From Pelomyxa schiedti (Eukaryota > Protista > Evosea), in assembly GCA_020536535.1 (NCBI GenBank), contig JAHLWZ010000901.1, positions 1 to 53,523 on the forward strand: a DNA stretch of 53,523 nt. Direction: 5' to 3'. Positions 21,991 through 34,371 of the stretch are shown here, one piece after another (the first letter of the stretch is position 1; the number at the start of each line of letters is the position of its first letter). Both the position numbers and the translations under genes were made by a program. The notes under the pieces are model-generated. The model searched no databases. It saw only the letters and a list, made by a program, of their open reading frames with translations, and had not been told where the DNA came from.

Positions 21991-24212
21991 ATGTCGATAT
22001 ACGGGATGAAGATGAAATCTCCCTCTATACGCTATAAGAAAGGAGAGTCTGGGTTTGATGACGGAGGGAGGGCTGAAGCGCCTGGTCTGCATCTTGGATC
22101 TTGGCCCACGGCGGAGGGCACCCCTGACTCTACGACCGTGTTAACGATACCCTGCACCGCGTCGGAACTTACCTTCGTAGATCAGGTTGCCTTTTTGGGG
22201 GTTTTGCTCTTCATTCGCTCTGTCCCACGCAAAAGTCACTCAATAAACCAAGGTGGTTCCTGCGTTTGTTGATGCAAAGGGTATTTTTGCCCTGACTGTT
22301 CCTGACGCTTCCAATACAATATCTGTGCAGTATGCAACCTAAGTTTATCATTCACATAGTAAGAAGTCCTGTGATTTTTAAGGTCCTTGAGTGATACAGG
22401 GGCTGTGCTACTTTCTTTAAGCGCCCCCAAGCCTATGGCTGATAGAGCAGCCATAATCAAGTCTCAGATTGACAGAGTTTCTTCCTCTCGTGTTACTTTA
22501 ATTTTAACCTCCACAAGGAGGTCAATTATCAAACTGATAGTGATTTGAAAGATAATACCTGGCATCACGGCATTCTATTGAACACCTCAGGTGCAACTGT
22601 TGTTTCACAACTGCCAGCTAGTCCAACTCCTGTTGTCACATTAACCAAGGAGCATATTACCAATATTCGTTTATGTGACAAAACTCCCCAACATTCTGTT
22701 TCCACGAGTCCTTGTATTATTGGAACCCTCGGAACTAAGAACGTCTCACAAAATCACAAGGTCTGTTTTCCGCCCCAACAAATACTTTCAATAATTTTCC
22801 TGGGAACACAGATTGCACTCAAGTATACAACACCTGGCTTGTTTTGGACCACCGAATACATGGGTGTTCTTAATGCTGACGAAACCCAACTTGTACTCAC
22901 TGGCTCATGTACCTTGTATTTTCTTCTTCGAATATGCTAATGTCATGCAGACCTTATTTCAAACACCACTGGTTGTTCATATCCTCAGGCGAAGTTGGCA
23001 CTATCTAAAATAAGTCCAACTTGGGTAGAGTATGAGGAAGATTATGACTCAGGAAGCACATCCGTATCCGTATCTTTTTTCAGCTCTTCAAGTTCTCGCC
23101 AAAAGTCCCGCACACATAAGGGTCAAAGTGAAATGTTTTTCCTCAACAGGCTAGTTGATATCCCAGAAAAAAATGTATGGAATCACATTGCCAAACATCT
23201 CCTTCTACCAACTGATTCCCAAAAAGCAAGTTTTAAGAGTCCCCTTCCTTGACGCTTCTGTGCCTGTTCGTATGGTCACTGTTATATCTCCCGAAGGTTG
23301 CAGTTTTGGGTTCGCATCTGATGAGAACGTCTTTAAGTACTCCAAGTACCCAGATATTGATAAATCCTCCTCGGTGCACTTGTACGAGCAGGTAATAACT
23401 TTTTCCCTTCATTTTCCTCTGGCTCATTTCTACACTTACAGGTCAAGGCTGTAATGGAGTTTGAATACTGTAATAATCGCTATGGCGATACAGTTTTGCC
23501 GAAAGGCGTTATTCTTCCCATTGAAAAGTGGTCTGATGATGGTGTTGGCGTTGAAAACTTTTGTGCTTCGAGCACTTTCCCTCAAGTCATACCCGGAGCA
23601 CTGGTGAGAATACCTGTACAAACCATAAACTGGATACAGGTGATTTGCTTTTTTCGCTTTTTTCAGCTAACCTATTTGGCAGGTACAAATAAAGAAAATA
23701 GAAAATACTCTAAACAAACGGGATCATATTTTCTCTGAAGTAATTCAAGTTACTGTGACGGATAAACGAACTGAAGGAGATGAAATTGCAGTATGAGCGG
23801 TTAATAAATTGGCATTTCAGTAACAAATTGTAGCTAAGGTTTGAGCAACCTCAGGCCCGGTGGAAAGATTGGGAAATCACACAAAGTATCCTTGATAATT
23901 CCCCAGTACCCCACGCTAAGCTGGGACCCGCCGGCAAGCCCTCCACACATGCTCTTTTTCAAGTACGGCTCTATCCTTTCATCAACAACCCTCCTTTCTC
24001 ACAAGAAAAAAAAATAGATCAACTCCCTTCCCCAAAGCAAGCATGTACTCATTTATGTAGTTGAGTATACCAAGTGGATCAGCCGTGAAGAAGCACAAGA
24101 AGCAAAAAGACTTGCAGACGAACAAGCAGCACAGGCTGTCAGTGCCACGGCACCCCCAGCACTCCCACCAAGAGAACAGGCATCCCGTGGGAAATCCTCA
24201 AAATGGTTCTAG
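21991..24212 (+). CDS. DUF4139-like protein (multi-exon)
   Basis: ALKYTTPGLFWTTEYMGVLNADETQLVLTG resembles the L.Y.T.GL.W...Y...L motif; also VLPKG and QVTVTDKR...RFEQPQARWKDWEITQS. The last exon ends KSSKWF-TAG at 24212. Confidence 0.6.
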
Positions 24213-24285
24213 AAACAAAACAAAACAAAACCCTTCATGTACCTATCCGTTTTTTGTTTTTGTTCTTGCTTGTTCTTCTGTTTAA

Positions 24286-25097
24286 TTAATAATAACACAT
24301 GTGGGAGTAGTATTCACTGGAGCGGTCATCAGGCCACCAAGGGTCACACTCACCCACCTCATAAAGGGAGGGTGAGCCAGGGCCAGAGCACACAGTATTA
24401 GTATATGACCACTGGGAGAGGTATGTGCTGTTTGCAGTCCAGAATTGTGAGTATCCCACTGAGAACCAGAAGGAGTAGGGAAGGCATTGTGCCAGGGGCC
24501 AGGCCTGTCCGTCCACGAGGGTGCGGCAGCCCTTGGTGGTGAATGTACCTTCAAATATGTACCTGATTTGGGATAGTAAAAGGGGTGAGAAATGGGGCCG
24601 TCTTTTGATGGAATTAGATTATTGTTGCAAATATTAATTAACACGTAGTTGATAACAGAGAATGTGTACGGTCTGGGGAGAATAGTATCAGCATCCGGGG
24701 CAGTTTTCATACAGGAGCACCACTGATAATCACCCCACAAGTCATTCCAGATACATGTTTCAGAATTGGAGCAGAGGTCAGGCTCTGACCCACACCCAGA
24801 CACGGTGGTTCCGGTATACACAATCCCGATAGGAACACCAGAGCAGTCTGTTATTCGAATAAAACTGTTACAAGCGCAAAGAAAGACACAAAAAAACCGG
24901 AGACGTTGTAGTGATAATAAACAGCATAAACAATGGTCGACCCATAGGTGGAACTCAGCATCAGCAGAAATAATGACCCGATGTGCCACACAAACCCTCC
25001 CATCCTTGCAGTTTTTGGCGGTTAGTTGGATCGGATAAAAAAAGATCAAGCAGATCGCACTAAATCCCGCAAGAAAGGGGACCAGTACCGAGTGCAT
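24286..25097 (-). CDS. Hypothetical secreted Cys/Trp-rich protein (possibly lectin-like)
   Basis: Hydrophobic N-terminus MHSVLVPFLAGFSAICLIFFY; IISADAEFHLWVD; Cys-rich middle; probable last exon DGQAWPLAQC...SQFWTAN...HMCYY*. Confidence 0.5.
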
Positions 25098-26481
25098 GAG
25101 GTTCCCAGGAAGGAGTTCTGAAGAAAATGTATATTTGATACTCGATACTTGCAAAGACTCGGGAACTGTTCGGTCATCAACGGAAAGAGCAGCCTTGTTC
25201 CAGGAACCGATGACAGGGAGCCGGAAGGCACACGGCGGGCGGGCATCCACAGACAGAGATGGACTTGACTCCATGGGTATATGCAGCTCAAGTCACCAAT
25301 TACTCAAGAACCTCGTCCACAGCATCAACCATCAGAACATCAGTCTCTGGCCAATACCTTACAATCACTCCTTCAACAATCCTACCAGTGCCGGCACATG
25401 GGATCCATGGGAGAGACCCAACTAAAACTCCCCTCATCCCAAAAGGAATCATCACGAGGCCAAGAGATCTAGGTACCACCATTGCGCTCGCAGTAATAAA
25501 TGGGAGAGATGCGGCGGGTCGATGGAGCCTCCCGCCGTCGCTCCCCTCCCCATCGCCGTTATTGTCCTTGCCCTTGCCTCCTATGTGCAAGCTCTCAGCC
25601 ACAGAGGACGCAGTACCCGAGAGCGTAGCGTGCACAACTGCCGCCACAACATCATCCACTACAACTACCTGCCTATCACGAAGAGGAAGGCGTCATCATC
25701 ATAGCCATCGACTGGTACTGACTCACGCGCAATTGGAGGTACTCCGCACTCCTGCACAAAGAGAAAAGAACGGACCCTTGCGCTTTTGTTGCTATGTTTT
25801 GTCTTTTTTTGATTGCAAAATTTGATGTTTTCCACAGCAGGTATAACACAATAGAAATTCATCCCAATAATGAATGCAAATTAGGTTAAAGAGGAATTGA
25901 ATACCCAAGAGAAGCATGATTTCTTCACCAAGACCAACGCTGTAGGCCCGGTATCGTACTGCCATTTCCACATTGTTGTGCAACGCAAGGAAGAATGCCC
26001 GGGTGGTGGAAGACTGTGCCTTGTGAAGTTTATGAGGATTTTGTTACTACTGCAAGGAGGTAAGGAAATAAAAAGCCACCGCTGGGGAAAAAATACCACC
26101 AACAAAAACGAAACACGGAAATGCACACCTACGCGGAACACACAAGAAAGTGGGAGTGCACCAACCGGAGAACCAACCGGCCACTGCTGATGCTAGTGTT
26201 GCTTGTTGTTTAAAGTTTATGTATGTTTTTTGTTCCTTTTGCGCTTATAATCTTTTTACATGATAAAACTATCGAAATTTTTGCAACTGGAGCAGTAGCG
26301 CCAAGGGGAAAAAAGTCACTGGAGGAACACTCAGGGAGTGGGCCCAGGGTTAGAACTCACAGTACTGGGGCCCAACACCAATTGTCTAATTGAGGCAAGA
26401 ACCCTCTCACTGGGTGTCCGATCACTTTAGAAGGGAAGAGGTGGGATCAGAGGGTGATACCAACCACCCCTGCTACGAGAA

Positions 26482-27787
26482 ATGATTATGGGTTCCCCGA
26501 CACCCTTGTTGTTAGGAGACGGAGCAGCACTGGGGATTGTCCCATCTCCCCTGAAAATGGACAACACGACGTTCGAGGGCTTCCGGGCGGCGCAGGAGCA
26601 CGCACTGGACGCGGACCCGCGAGCAACCACAGACGAGCCGTGGCCCCCGATGCTGCGCCACATGGCGCCCATACCCCTGCCGCCCGCCCTCGTCCGAGCC
26701 GCCGCCGCCGCCCCCTCTTCTCCCCCTGCCACAACCCCCGCGGCCTCCGCGTGTTGCTCCCCTAGGACGGCAGCAACAACAACAACAACGACAAGTGCGG
26801 CCACGCCCCGCGAGGAGGAGGGGGAGGGGGAGGGGGAGGAGGAGGAGGGAGACGGGGAAGTATCTGGAGAGGACGCAGAGGAGGGATGCGAAAGCCCTGG
26901 GAAATGGCTGGGAGAGGGAGGCGGGGCTGGGGGCGTGAAGGTGGTGAGGGAGGCTGATTTGCTGGACGGCTCGTTCGACATTGTTTTGCAGTGCTGCAAT
27001 TGTTTGTGTCACATGGGAGCTGGGATCGCTGCTACGATAAGGAAGCGATATCGCGAGGCTTTCTTGGCGTATGCTGCTGTTACTGTTGATATACCTGATT
27101 GCTTTTGCTTTTGCTTTTGCTTTTGCTTTTGCTTTTGGTTGGATTCTTCCAACCTCCTTCCTATGTTGTTATTATAGTGACTTGGAAACACCACCAGAAG
27201 AGGAAAAAAAGTTGGGCCACTATTCTTCTGCTTTGGTCACTGTTCCGTCTCAGCCACAAAAGCAGTTCACTATTGTTAACCTCTATGCGCAATATGACTA
27301 TGGGAAGTATGTCTTCTAACGTTCCTATGTCTTATTATCCCCTCACTCTCACAAGGGATTACCGAAGGCTGTGTTACAAAGCTCTGTGGCTATCTCTATC
27401 GCGGTTTCTTCAGCAGCTAAGACTCCAACGCTGTACTTATTCTGTGCGAATTCCCGAATCTTTTTCCCCAGCTGATCACAATATTAGGTGGTGATAGGAA
27501 CTTATTGGGTTGGATGTGTCAGAGCCGGTGGTAACAAAGAAGTTGTACACAAGATTCTGCGGTCCCTTTTCACTGACTATTCTGTCACTGTTGTTGACAG
27601 TGGGCCAAAGCGCAAAACCAAACGAAATTCACAACAAGAAACACCGCCCTCTGATGAGGCAGCAACCGCGTTCACACCCCCAGTCATTCACTATCCTCCT
27701 TCACGCACAAGACCACAAACAACTACTACGACCTGTTACGATCATTCACCACCAAAAACTCACCAAGAAAAAACAACCCTCCCATAG
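26482..27787 (+). CDS. Macrodomain protein, Poa1/TARG1/phage Tk.4-like subgroup, with a low-complexity N-terminus
   Basis: VVREADLLDGSFDIVLQCCNCLCHMGAGIAATIRKRYREAFLA/D...KLGHYSSA...FTIVNLYAQYDYG...IGTYWVGCVRAGG...VTVV. Confidence 0.85.
27099..27136 (+). repeat. Intronic (TTTTGC)n microsatellite
   Basis: About six tandem TTGCTT units inside macrodomain intron 1. Confidence 0.9.
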
Positions 27788-28206
27788 AAGTGCTACACAC
27801 ACAGAAGAAAAAAAGATTTTTTTTCAAAAGAAATGATCTTTTTCTTTTACTTTCCAACAACTTTTCTTCCATTGCTTTCCACCAAAAACAACCAAAGGGG
27901 ATTGGGGGAGTTCAAGGTGGGGGGGGGCTTGAGTTCCACAACCAACAGGCCAATCGAACACGCACATCATCAGCTTCCAAGAGACTTCCGGGCTCAGTGA
28001 ATCTGAATTGTAGTACCCTTTGCTGTCACACTTCCCTCCCAATGTGTGTTTGTTGGGGGCTGTTCCCCCGGCTCAGTGTCTCACACCACCGCTCCCATGT
28101 GACCCGGTATCGGATTCCCTTCCTGCTGCCCCGGTGTGGGAACCTCCCCATTCTCACAGTCGTTGCTGGTGTGCGAGAATGGTTTTGGGGCGGAGGCACC
28201 GGGAGT

Positions 28207-28843
28207 TAATGCACAATTCGGAGCAGCAGAAGACAGTGACTACACATATCAGTGGGAAGTAACTGTCAGCAGCTGTCTCATTCTCAGAAAAACCTCACAC
28301 TTCATCACACTTGATTGTCTCATTGGTCAAACGAGCCGGTGATACTGTGCACAGGCCGTACCTGCTTTCCCAATTTTGGGAAACCTCATCTTATTGGTGC
28401 AAAAAAAATGAGTGGTGTGAGGTGAAACCCCGGATGGTGCCAGGGAATGTAAACAGAAAAATGGAAGCTGCAAATTGACAAAAGAATTTAAACAGGCTCG
28501 CTAGTCATAGCATTCAGATCTACGTTTTGTAATGAGCTGTTGTTTGCCAATACAAGAGGTACCTCTTTGTGTTCCCATAATATAATGAAAGGCATAGGTT
28601 ATTGCTGAAATCAGCATGCGCACAATGGTGGACGATTGTGAGGACACAATTCCAGTCTGCATTTTCCTTCGAGCGTACCAAGATTTCAATCACTCGATCA
28701 AAATATGCGCGTGTTGTGTTTCTGATTCCGGGCTTTGTTGTATCACTGGCACTCCTGCTGCATTTGAGGGTCTAACAGTTATTTTTTTTACTTCCCACTG
28801 ATATGTGTAGTCACTGTCTTCTGCTGCTCCGAATTGTGCATTA
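28207..28843. repeat. Perfect 56-bp inverted repeat pair (28207-28262 / 28788-28843); candidate MITE or inverted duplication
   Basis: TAATGCACAATTCGGAGCAGCAGAAGACAGTGACTACACATATCAGTGGGAAGTAA and its exact reverse complement, separated by 525 bp. Confidence 0.92.
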
Positions 28844-30213
28844 GTTACACGGTATTTATGCTCCTCACATTTAGAGAACATAACAAAACAAAAGGTAGTA
28901 TTTCAGGCTTCCAAGTGTCTTACAGCATTCCTTGCAGTTGTCAGTGGCAAGTTTGCTGCTTCTCCTTTCCATTATCAACACAAAGCAGATTTCTTGTTAT
29001 TTTCATCTCCAGTGAACCCCCGATTGACCTTCAAAATTTTTATATCCAATGATACAGTAGACCCCCCACAAGAGTGGTTCCATCAGCCCCCTTCATGCCA
29101 AGGGGACCCCTGTCTTGCATTTTCTAAGTTCTTCAGGTATTTGTTGTACAGTACATTTTAGTGCCACTAAGCTCTTTAAGGTGTGACCCAACTGACATTG
29201 GTTCTGGCTTGAGTTGGAGTCCTCTTCCAACCAAGTTCTACCTGGGAGTCTCACAAAACACATTCACTGCCGCCCCACACACGTGCAATATCAGAGTTGG
29301 CATATGCTCATTTTCATAGCACATTAAGTGCTTCCAAGGTTATCTGCTGGTGGCAACGGATTCCAATATTAGCATCAAGCACACTACATAGGTGTGTTAC
29401 AAAGAAATTGTGCAAATACTCATGGAAAAAGTACGGGATTTCTTTGTCTTGTAATACCACTGCGGCCTCTACTCGTTACACTACTGGTACTCCGTTCTCC
29501 ATTACTTTCTATATCCTCATCTGGCTAGTGTTACACGCCGTGTGTACTGCGCCGGTTGCTGTTGACCTATGGGTAGCCTTCCATATAGGAAGTCCAAGTT
29601 CATCAGCGTGCGAAGCCGTGCGAATTGCTAATGGTTTGGCTCATCCTGGAGAGTCTCAAACAGACTCACAGGCACCACCTGTGGATGTAGAAATTGGACA
29701 CCTTAGCCTGCTGAAAGGCATCACTGGTACCTTGGATATGGCGGTTCAGTCACTGTATGTCCTAAGTTTCCAAGCAGTGTTCTTAAGTTCCATTAGGTTA
29801 AACAATGCTACTCCAACCTCTGTTAGTAAAATACTGTTCTCACTTGTATTCCCCAGCAACCTATCCAACAGCAAAGAATTAACTTTCAAAAGATAGAACA
29901 AGACCCCGGAACTTCCTCCCTGATTACCGACGTGGCGAAGTCACTCGACTCTATTATAACAAATTCCTCTCCGCAGTTCCAAGCAACCTGCGTGTATGTG
30001 ACCCCAATCTCCCTACCAAATAAGTAATCAAACTGGCAGGAATATCCTAGGAGTTGGCAGCCTCCCTGAAATACAACCAAAACTACGAGAGCTCCTTGAA
30101 AAGAGGTTGAGATTACTCAATACGAACCTAAGCATGTAACCTTTTACAGTATATCAGCCCCCAAGGCACCCCGTAAACGTCCACCACCCTCCGCCTCTTC
30201 AAAAGAATCTTAA
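28511..30213 (+). CDS. Hypothetical multi-exon gene (structure unresolved)
   Basis: Alternating exon-like and GT..AG intron-like blocks; probable last exon ends PKAPRKRPPPSASSKES-TAA. No family recognised. Confidence 0.35.
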
Positions 30214-30309
30214 TAAATCAAGTGTTTATTAAGATTAAACAGAAACCGAAAAAACTTTCTATTTTCTATTCCGATAGAAACTTGGTTTTCATCTCTACCG
30301 ATATTATTA

Positions 30310-33300
30310 ATGAGTGCCACTACGGATCCCGTCGACCAAGAGTTGAAGTAGAGCCTCTCCTTCATTTTAGAAAGTGAAGCGTCGCGTGACTTGTTTCTTT
30401 CTCGTTTTTTTCCCCAGGGCATGTCAAGAAGTGGAGGAGAAGTTCTTTACCGAAGTCGAAAAGAGTGGCCCGTGGTCTGGTGCCTCCATGACATTGAAGA
30501 ATGAGTGTGTTTAATTGCTACCTTTCCTGTTGGGAATGTATATTTTGACATTTTTTTTTGTTTTTCCTTGCAGACTGGCTAGCATTTTTGAAAAGTTCAT
30601 ACTGTCACACTTGGAAGAAGCTCATGCCGCGAGTCTGGACTCAAGATTGTGGACTTGCTTCCACATTCCAATTGATTCGTGGAGGAAACAACCCCGCAGT
30701 CCCAAGGGCAGGCAGTCTATTTCTAGCACACAGGCTATGGGCAAGACATCACCAAAATCGGCTCCTGTGGTTCCTATTGAAGCCTTTTTTGATTCTGTGG
30801 AAGTCTTCTATGTATCTTTGGTGAGGTCACTCATCTGCAAACACCCTATAACCTTGTTGAAAAGATCAAAAAACTGCAAACAGTCCACAGAGTCGATTTT
30901 CATTTCAAGCTTCCAATTACACCTCCATTATTGGAGTCAGTTTCTCCAAGTAAAAACCCAAACCACGAGCTCTGCACTCGTAGTGTCCATCAATATCTAC
31001 TTGCGCTTGGTGATGTTGGTAAGATTTGTATCTGGTGTATATTGCATGTACCTGTACTCTTTGTTTCCTTTCTTCCTAGATTTTAAACAAGCCAAGCACG
31101 TTACAGGTCAACTTGTGGAAATAATGAACTTGCGTGTCTCAAACGGGCTGCAAAGCACTACAAATTGGCAATAAGATTGTGTCCCGCTTATGGTGTGCAT
31201 TTCCTTCACACCTTTCACCCACAACCAGTCAGGTGCACCACACAATCAACTTGGGGTAATCGCTGGCAAAAAAAAAATGGAATTGAACGCACTTTATCAC
31301 TATTGGCGAGGATACTTAGCCTGTGACCCCTTCCTGGCTTCGAAGCAAAATATTCTTCTTTCATTGAAAAAAGTGCCTGCAGCCACAAAAGGGTACTTTT
31401 GCTCCCTAAATCTTTTTCCCCTCACTCCTTCAGAGTTCCTACCTTCCAGGTATCAACCTTTTTGGAAAGTATTTATAACTGAGTTGTCAAGTGTGGATAT
31501 ACTGGTGAAACCTTGTTTCAGAATGCAATCAATTATGTAGTTTATATGCATACCCTTGTTGTTCTGCCGCATGACAGGTTTTTGTACCCTATTCCCATTT
31601 CCCCAGCAACTCCAAACAGGAAGTTCGATTCCATTTCCCTCCTCAATGACTTGAGAGCATCAATCAATGCCGCGTTTGGTAAAACTAACTGGTCGACACT
31701 TGAGGCGGCGAGTATGAAACAAAAGCTGTCACTGGCCAGAAAAATTTTATTCTTCCTTATTTTCTCTTCCAAGGCTTTTTCCTGGGAAGGTGCAGCACAC
31801 AATCTTTGAATCACCTTGAAAGTAACCAATAACCAGCTCCGACACTTAGTACACAGCAATTGCTCTATGGATCTGTGAAAGCCTTTGTGTCAGCTGTTAT
31901 GGACTGCCTTTCATCAATTGGCTTCAGTGGGACTTCGAATTTTGACTGTGACCGTCTTCTGATGTGCCCTCTTCTATCCATTGTCCACTTGCTTGCTATC
32001 TGGTGTTTCTGTACCGTCGAACCATTAAAGAAGGAGTCCAAGGTTTGTATGTTTTAGTATATTCAAATATTAATGATTTTAGACCAATTCTGAACTCTCT
32101 GACTTATGGAATATACTTGTGGAATTTGTGGAGCATGTTAACCCTCATCGTTACACTGCAATAGGTCATTGCCAATTTTCTTTCAATTCCTGATTGAATA
32201 AATCAGTGGTATCAAGGCCCCCACTTAAAGAAGAAAGAATGCTACATGGATTTGGGCCAACTGCAAATTGGATAAATTCACTCCCTTTGTTGTGGCAAGT
32301 TGTACTCTTCCCTACGACTTCCTATAACCAATAATAGGAACCTACATTGGCAGAAGGCACAAACATCACAAAGGACGCCAGACTGAAGGCAATAACGTGC
32401 ATCCTTCACGCTGCCGCAAAAGCTTGGCCAGTTTGTTTGAATGCCATCTAATCTGGTCTCTGATTTTGTTACTTTACTTAGGAAAGATCTCCCTTTGCCG
32501 AAAGTGTTTATGTCGCACATGATATCACGGAATCTACAACTTCCGCGTCGCATGCCATTCCGTCAGATGCAACAGACATTGAAGCTACGTCCTCCATTAT
32601 GGATTTTTTGCAGGATGCAGGCAACGAGAATATCCAATAAAACCTCTCACTAACATCTGGCAGACATAGACAATGACACCGACCCCTCACAAAGGTAACC
32701 GTGCGACTGCTTCCAACAACTACTCATTGTTAAAATTAGTGCTACGTCTAGCTCCATTCCAACAGTGATTAAAGACATATGTGATGCTGTCTCACATGCG
32801 GAACTTGTTGTTCAAAAGGTTTTTTCCCTACCTCCCTTGGAACCCATGGAAGCAGTACTTACTGCTTCACCTAGCACGACCATGTGGTAGTCAACTCTGA
32901 AGAAGACACAAGTGCCTCACAACACTCGGTTACTTTTCGTTTTGTTGTTTGCACTTTCTCCTATTTAACCAACTCAATCCAGGAACCAGCTGCCGTGGCC
33001 CCATCAAGCAAATTAGCCAATAAACACCCAGCACTTACTCCTATGCTGTCTCCTTCACAGACAAAATCTTCTGCATCACAAGATATGCTCAAAACCCCGC
33101 AAAGTTCCAGGTCACCAATAACAACCAGCACCCCCACTGGGGAAACCAAGAGCTCCAAAAAAAAGAAAAAAAGCAAAAAAGGCAAGAAGTCTGCATCAAG
33201 TCAAACGATAGCCACCACAACCACTGGTCAACAAGAGCAGCACCTGCCAGCAAAGAGAGCACCCCAACCAACACCCACCACATCCACTGCTGTTACTTCC

Positions 33301-34302
33301 AAAGGCCATGTAGTCGAAATTTCAAAGAAACAACGCACCACAACTCCGCTCACACACTCTGTTCCACACCAGAAGCAACAACAGGACCAGCACCAGAAAC
33401 AATTGCACTCCTCACAATCCCAGCCCTTGATCCATGAGGAGACTCCGGTACAAGTGAACGCAGAGCAAAACCAAAAGTCACATTCACAGCAATCAGAAGA
33501 TACTCTCCCAGATACCCCAGCAGACACAACAACAACGACCGCTAGCACGAAATCAGCAGAGAGTGTCCCAACAAGCTCCACAGCTGCGGAACCAAATGCG
33601 CTCCCACAAGTTCAACCACTCCATCCCCAGCCTATTTCTCCACCCCTTCAACAACCACCATTACAACTGCAACTGCAGCCGCAACAGCAACAGCAAAAAC
33701 CGCAACAGCAACCATCAACAGATTCGCATACAGAAACAGAACAAGTAGGGGTGCAAGCTCCAGTTCAATGGCCTCTGCACCCTGCTCTCCCTAAAACAAC
33801 CCCCACACCGCTTCCCGCCTTATTACCAGCTAATACTGCAACCTCCAATACAACCGCAACCACTTCAACTACAACCACCACAACATCACCACGACCACCA
33901 CAGCAGCAGCAGCAACAACAAAAACAGCCAACAGCAGCGCCCACAGCCGAAAGTCCTCACGTTAGTGACCACAACACAAGCACCCACAGCCGCAACTACC
34001 AAAGCCAGCACCAAGCTGTAGTTGTCCTGGGACACAGCGCCGCGGCCCAGCAACATCCCCACACTGTCACAATCTCCGCCGAAACCGGCGCCAATACAAC
34101 ATCATCCACCACATGCACATGCAGCGGGGTGGTGCCGCCGCCTAGTAAGTGCATGTGCTGGTGCCCAACACCATTCCAGATACCGCCAGCACACACTCAC
34201 TCCAGATACAACAACCCCAGGGCGACCACCATCACCAACCCCTTCGTGCGTGGCCAGCCCCTTTTCCTCGCCGTCAAGGTCCCTCTCCATGTCACCGAGT
34301 AA
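30310..34302 (+). CDS. Est1/SMG5-7 family 14-3-3-like domain protein with a long Q/T/P-rich C-terminus (SMG7/Ebs1-like)
   Basis: LDSRLWTCFH, HQYLLALGDV/ARYR...AAKHYKLAIRLCPAY/GAPHNQLGVIA...ALYHYWRG...PFLASKQNI (Est1 DNA/RNA-binding domain). No PIN domain recognised. Confidence 0.85.
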
Positions 34303-34371
34303 AGGACCCGTTCCCAATCAACTGCTTTTTCTTTTCTTTTTTTTTTTTTGTAATTACAAACAAGAGTGAAA

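Noticed and set aside
28858-28950. CUB-domain-like MLLTF...SGFQVSY
   Set aside because: Short resemblance that overlaps a probable intron; the other CUB motifs were not found in frame.
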